This document shows positions 58,366 through 64,000 of a stretch of 64,000 nucleotides of DNA, one piece after another (the first letter of the stretch is position 1; each line of letters begins with the position of its first letter). The position numbers and the translations under genes are program-made. The stretch is from the NCBI GenBank assembly GCA_044867445.1, contig JBIOUY010000116.1:2611-66610 (forward strand), given 5' to 3'. Source of the stretch: Gemmatimonadales bacterium. GTDB taxonomy: Bacteria > Gemmatimonadota > Gemmatimonadetes > Gemmatimonadales > GWC2-71-9. Under the pieces are notes generated by a model. That model searched no databases, was not told the origin of the DNA, and saw nothing but the letters and a program-made list of their open reading frames with translations.

Positions 58366-59054
58366 CCCAACCGCTCCGCCAGCGCTTCGGCCAGCCTGAG
58401 ATCCTCCGGCGTGGTGATCTTCAAGTTGCGAACCGAATCGGGAACCAGCCGTACGACACCGCCGCAGGCCTCCACCAGCGCCGCATCGTCGGTTGCCAAA
58501 AACCCATCGGGTACCTTGGCATGCGCTCGCGTCAGGAGGCTGCGGGGAAACCCCTGAGGCGTCTGCGCCCGCCACAGCCGCTCGCGCGGAATGGTCCGCT
58601 CAATCCGCGTGGGATCGTCGGCAGCGCTCTCCTTCACTGTGTCGCTCAGCGGCACAGCCGCCACGGCGGCCTCGCCCGCGCGGGCGTACCGGATCACGCT
58701 ATCGATGACGGCTCGATCCACGAATGGCCGGGCCCCGTCGTGCACCAGAACCACCGTGCTGTCCGGACGTAGAGCGGCCAGACCGGAAGCCACCGAATCA
58801 CTTCGCTCGGCGCCGCCCGCGACCAGGGTAAGACCGGGCCCAGCCACATCGGTGAGGAATGAAGGAGGAGAAGAGGCATCGGTGGCGGGAAGGACCACGA
58901 CCACCTGGCAGACCTCGGGATGGGAAGTGAACGGGCGCAACGCTCGAAGCAGCACCGGCACGCCGGCCAGGACATGGTACTGCTTTGGCGTTCCACCTCC
59001 CAGCCGGGTGCTCCGACCTGCGGCTACGACGACGACACCGACATCACGCGGCAA
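58362..59054 (-). CDS. ispD: 2-C-methyl-D-erythritol 4-phosphate cytidylyltransferase
   Basis: ORF trimmed to TTG 59054 (11-nt overlap with the radA end). VVVVAAGRSTRLGGGTPKQY. 230 aa. Confidence 0.85.
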   Translation of the reverse strand: MPRDVGVVVVAAGRSTRLGGGTPKQYHVLAGVPVLLRALRPFTSHPEVCQVVVVLPATDASSPPSFLTDVAGPGLTLVAGGAERSDSVASGLAALRPDSTVVLVHDGARPFVDRAVIDSVIRYARAGEAAVAAVPLSDTVKESAADDPTRIERTIPRERLWRAQTPQGFPRSLLTRAHAKVPDGFLATDDAALVEACGGVVRLVPDSVRNLKITTPEDLRLAEALAERLG

Positions 59055-60408
59055 GCGCTCGCACCAGCTGATCGACCCGATCGAGACCGACCAGAGAGAC
59101 TCCTGAGACCTGGGGACCGCTTCGGGAGGAACCGAAGACCCGGCGGAAGCCCAACCTTGCCGCCTCGGCCACGCGGCGTTCGATCGCACCGCTGGGTCGG
59201 ATTTCTCCGCCCAGCCCGATCTCGCCGAGAAAGATGACGTCAGTGGGGGCGGGACGATTGTACAGGCTTGAGATCAGTGCCGCCGCGACGGCGAGGTCGG
59301 CCCCCGGCTCACTGAGCCGAACCCCGGCGGTGACCTGCACGAAGACATCGAGGTCGGCAAATGAGGTGTTGGCCCGGCGTTCGAGCACCGCGAGCAGGAC
59401 GGCCAGCCGCTTGGGGTCCAGGCCAGTGGCGACCCTCTGAGGAGTGCCGTACCCCGACTTCGCTGCGAGCGCCTGAACCTCCACCAGCACCGGGCGGGTG
59501 CCTTCCATGAGCGCGGTGACCGCGCTTCCGCTGATCCCTTCGGCTCGAGCCGCCAGGAAGACTGCAGAGGGATTGGGCACCGCAACGAGCCCCTGCTCGG
59601 TCATGGAGAAGACGCCCAGTTCGTCTATCGATCCGAATCGGTTTTTGGTGGTTCGAAGCAGCCGGTAGTCCAGCGTGGTCTCTCCCTCGAAGTACAGCAC
59701 GGTATCCGCGATATGCTCCAGGGTCTTGGGTCCGGCGATTCCACCGCCCTTGGTGACGTGTCCCACGACGACCACCGCCGTGCCGCTCTCCTTGGCGAAG
59801 CGCATGAGCTGCCCGGAGCACTCACGAACCTGTCCCACATTGCCCGGTGCGCTCTCAAGGGATTCCGTAAAGACGGTTTGAATGGAGTCGATCACCACGA
59901 TGTCAGCCGCGGCGGCTGCGGCCGAAGCGAGAATGGCCTCGAGTCGGGTTTCCCCCAGGACGTGCACGGCACCCGCATCCTCGATCAGACGGTCGGCCCG
60001 GAGCCGAATCTGATCGGGTGACTCCTCGCCGCTGGCATAGAGCACTGTGCGTCCGCCGATCTCCAACCGGGCGGCCGCCTGCAGGAGGAGGGTAGACTTG
60101 CCGATGCCCGGCTCACCGCCGATCAGGATCATGGAGCCGGGGACAATCCCACCTCCGAGCACGAAGTCGAACTCGGGCAGACCGGTGCGCCAGCGGTCGA
60201 GCGGGTGGGTGGCGACGTCGCGCAGGCGGGCGGGAGCGGCGGTACCGCTCCCGCCTCTTCCGCTCTGGGGCGAAGGGTGGCGGCGGCGGGGTTCCGCCGG
60301 CTCTTCCGCCACCGCGTTCCATGCGCCGCATGCCTCACAGCGTCCGACCCACTTGGGGTGCTCGTGGCCGCACTCGGTGCAGCGGTAAACCGACCTGGGC
60401 TTGGGCAC
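59044..60408 (-). CDS. radA: DNA repair protein RadA
   Basis: 454 aa with a GTG start. N-terminal zinc finger CTECGHEHPKWVGRCEACG, Walker A GGEPGIGKST, and a Lon-like C-domain. Confidence 0.95.
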   Translation of the reverse strand: MPKPRSVYRCTECGHEHPKWVGRCEACGAWNAVAEEPAEPRRRHPSPQSGRGGSGTAAPARLRDVATHPLDRWRTGLPEFDFVLGGGIVPGSMILIGGEPGIGKSTLLLQAAARLEIGGRTVLYASGEESPDQIRLRADRLIEDAGAVHVLGETRLEAILASAAAAAADIVVIDSIQTVFTESLESAPGNVGQVRECSGQLMRFAKESGTAVVVVGHVTKGGGIAGPKTLEHIADTVLYFEGETTLDYRLLRTTKNRFGSIDELGVFSMTEQGLVAVPNPSAVFLAARAEGISGSAVTALMEGTRPVLVEVQALAAKSGYGTPQRVATGLDPKRLAVLLAVLERRANTSFADLDVFVQVTAGVRLSEPGADLAVAAALISSLYNRPAPTDVIFLGEIGLGGEIRPSGAIERRVAEAARLGFRRVFGSSRSGPQVSGVSLVGLDRVDQLVRALAA

Positions 60409-60416
60409 CGTTAACG

Positions 60417-60536
60417 CCTCCTCATCCCGAAGTCCCTCCTCATCCCGAGCGAGAAGCCCCTCCTCATCTGACCGACCGCAGGCAAATCCCCCGGTTCACT
60501 CGGGATGAGGACGCTCGGAATAAAACCCGAGCGTCC
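60417..60536. repeat. repeat/hairpin cluster 13 in the dnaB|radA spacer (3 x CCTCCTCATCCCGA, one inverted copy, 10-bp hairpin)
   Basis: Direct copies at 60417-60430, 60435-60448 and 60459-60471 (the last is degenerate). An inverted copy tcgggatgagga lies at 60500-60511. ggacgctcgg (60509-60518) pairs perfectly with ccgagcgtcc (60527-60536). Confidence 0.85.
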
Positions 60537-60540
60537 CTGA

Positions 60541-61917
<1,377 letters not shown>

Positions 61918-62642
61918 CCCAGGTGGGCTTCTTCCAATTCGGGTTACGCAGCAGTGCTGCGGGATGGTAGGTCACGATCAACGGAACACCGTTGTATCGG
62001 TGCACCTTTCCGCGAAGCTCACCCAGACCCTTCCTCACTCCCAACAGCGCCTCTCCCGCAGTGCCGCCGAGCGCGACGATCACCTTCGGTCGGATCAGCT
62101 CGAGCTGGCGATGGAGATACGGAATGCAGGCGACGACTTCGTCAGGCAGTGGTTTCCGGTTCTGAGGCGGCCGGCACTTCATGATGTTGGTGATGTACAC
62201 CGTTTTCCGAGGAACTTCAATAGCCTCGAGAATGCTGTCGAGCAGTTGCCCCGCTTGGCCGACGAAGGGCCGGCCGGTAACATCCTCGGTAGCGCCCGGG
62301 CCCTCGCCGACGAGCACCAGCCGGGCCTTCGGATTGCCCTCGCCAGGGACCGCGTTGGTGCGGTTGGGACAGAGCGCGCAGCAGTATGTGGTGCGGATCC
62401 GCTCGGCTACCTCGTCCAGCGTGCTCAGGTTCGCAAGGTCGTTGCCCAACAGCCCGGCCTCGGGCGACTCCACTACCAGACCCGGACCGGGGATGGGCGG
62501 CGCTCCCTTCTTCCACTTGGGCTCCTCCGGGGCGGCAGCGTCCACCGATTCCGAAGCGATTCCCTTCCTCGGTGACGGAGGGCTCCCCAGAATGATCTCG
62601 GACCCGCCGAGCTCGATTTGTTGCGCCAGATAGCGGCGCCAT

Positions 62643-63845
62643 TCATCGCCCAAGGGCGCCCTCCACCGCGTCGAGGATGGCCTCCGCCACTTCCCGCTTG
62701 GATCGTAGCGGCAAGATGGTAGGCGTCCCGTCTCGCCCGATCAAGGCAACCCGGTTGGTGTCGTGCTCGAATCCGGCTCCGGGCTCGAGCGCATCGTTCA
62801 CCACAATGAGATCCAGATCTTTGCGCTCCAGCTTGGCCCGCCCCTTGGCCAGGGCGTCCCCGGTTTCGAGGGCGAATCCGACCGTAAGGCTCCCAGCTTT
62901 TCGTGCTCCCCGAGTCGCGGCCAAAATGTCTTCGGTTGGTTCCATCGGAATAGCAAGTGCGCCGTCGCCCCGGGGCCGTTTGCTCTCGCTCGGGCTACTG
63001 GGCCTGAAGTCCGCCGGGGCCGCCGCCATCACCAGGACGTCGGCCATGGGCAGCTCCTCGCGCACCACCGCCTCCAGCTCCCTGGTGCTCTCCACCGGAC
63101 GCAGCGTGACACCAACCGGCGGCGGCAAGGCAACCGGCCCCGAAATGAGGACCACTTCGGCTCCCCGCTCCCAGGCGGCTTCAGCAATTCGGTATCCCAT
63201 CTTGCCACTCGAGCGGTTGGTCACCACCCGCACCGGATCGATCGATTCGCGCGTCGGACCAGCCGTGACGACGATACGCCGCCGCGCCAGGGGCCCGGGA
63301 CCCCGGAGCACGCGGGCAGCATGGGCCAGGATCGTCTCGGGCTCGCTCATTCGGCCGGGGCGTTCCGAGGGGCCTTCCGCCAGGGCGCCGATTTCCGGGC
63401 CGACGCTCACCACCCCGCGACTGAGAAGCCGATCGAGGTTGGCTCGAGTCTGAGGATGAGCGAACATCTCATCGTTCATCGCGGGTGCAATGAGGATTGG
63501 CGCCCTGCTCGCCAGCAGGAGCGCAGTTAGCAAGTCGTCAGCCAGACCCTGCGCCATGCGGGCGATCAGGTTGGCGGTCGCAGGTGCGACCAGGATCAGA
63601 TCCGAATTCTGGCCCAGCTGCAGATGCGCGAGCGCCCCGCCCGACTCCCAGATGGAGGAGTAGACGGGGCGCCCGGTGAGCGCCTCGAAGGTAAGCGGTC
63701 GAACGAACTCAGTGGCCGCCTGCGTCAGCACCACATCCACCCGCGCCCCAGCCTCGGTCAGGCGGCGGGCAAGGATGCAGCTTTTATAGCACGCGATCCC
63801 GCCCGACACGCCGAGAACGACGCGCCGGCCGGCCCACATGGTCAC
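62643..63845 (-). CDS. coaBC: bifunctional phosphopantothenoylcysteine decarboxylase/synthetase
   Basis: 400 aa. VLGVSGGIACYKS flavoprotein N-domain plus a CoaB C-domain. GTG 63845 (GTGA overlap with the rpoZ stop) or ATG 63839. Confidence 0.93.
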   Translation of the reverse strand: MTMWAGRRVVLGVSGGIACYKSCILARRLTEAGARVDVVLTQAATEFVRPLTFEALTGRPVYSSIWESGGALAHLQLGQNSDLILVAPATANLIARMAQGLADDLLTALLLASRAPILIAPAMNDEMFAHPQTRANLDRLLSRGVVSVGPEIGALAEGPSERPGRMSEPETILAHAARVLRGPGPLARRRIVVTAGPTRESIDPVRVVTNRSSGKMGYRIAEAAWERGAEVVLISGPVALPPPVGVTLRPVESTRELEAVVREELPMADVLVMAAAPADFRPSSPSESKRPRGDGALAIPMEPTEDILAATRGARKAGSLTVGFALETGDALAKGRAKLERKDLDLIVVNDALEPGAGFEHDTNRVALIGRDGTPTILPLRSKREVAEAILDAVEGALGR

Positions 63846-64000
63846 GCCTCGGATCGACGGCGGCGGACCAGCTTGTAATTCAGTTCACCCTCGACCAGCG
63901 ACTGCATCGCCTTGGTGGTGAGCTTCTCCTCCGCCGCCGCCAGCTGATCCTTGGGAAACTCGTTCAGGTAGCGGGCAAACTTGGCAGCTACCAGGACGCC
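63842..64000 (-). CDS. rpoZ: DNA-directed RNA polymerase subunit omega, C-terminal part (gene runs off the right edge)
   Basis: My reverse translation reads GVLVAAKFARYLNEFPKDQLAAAEEKLTTKAMQSLVEGELNYKLVRRRRSEA*. Lies in the conserved rpoZ-coaBC neighbourhood. Confidence 0.75.
   Translation of the reverse strand, partial: GVLVAAKFARYLNEFPKDQLAAAEEKLTTKAMQSLVEGELNYKLVRRRRSEA

Noticed and set aside
60509-60536. 10-bp perfect hairpin after dnaB as a classical intrinsic terminator.
   Set aside because: In the transcribed (minus) sense the stem is followed by UCAUCCCGA, not a U-tract, and the only U-run is in the loop. It is more likely part of the alternative-structure arrangement described in the findings.

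Overview
GC-rich bacterial chromosomal segment carrying 63 protein-coding genes, 59 on the minus strand and 2 running off the window edges. Almost all are housekeeping. They include the lipid cluster (yceD-rpmF-plsX-fabHDG-acpP-fabF), ndk, arcC-sucCD, a complete 14-gene nuoA-N operon, mdh-sdhCAB, moaDEA-trmL, hup, carA, secG, gap-pgk-tpiA, aroE, tsaC, ispD, radA, dnaB, a family-4 UDG, coaBC and rpoZ. The only plus-strand block is dcd, then an M1 peptidase, a CHAD-CYTH protein and a second M1 peptidase. I found no rRNA, tRNA, CRISPR, transposase, integrase, phage or recognisable defence genes. Genes are tightly packed, with many GTGA, ATGA and 1-nt start/stop overlaps. The unusual content is non-coding. 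At least 13 intergenic spacers are almost completely filled by long quasi-palindromes whose two arms are tandem short units. These are mostly 7-nt GTGANNN-type heptads, with other spacers using GTCGCGG, AGCTAAC or the 9-mer GGCACAGAG. Each element starts 0-12 nt from, or inside, the upstream stop codon and ends just before the next ribosome-binding site. Many sit inside operons that must be co-expressed. A second, smaller hairpin repeat family (GTCAYCCYGAGCCCTTCG...CTCAGGRCAGGCT) occupies two further spacers. The dnaB-radA spacer carries three tandem Shine-Dalgarno-containing repeats plus one perfectly complementary anti-SD copy. I could not run any database searches or folding calculations. 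Family names are therefore motif-based calls from the supplied translations, and taxon assignment is not attempted.
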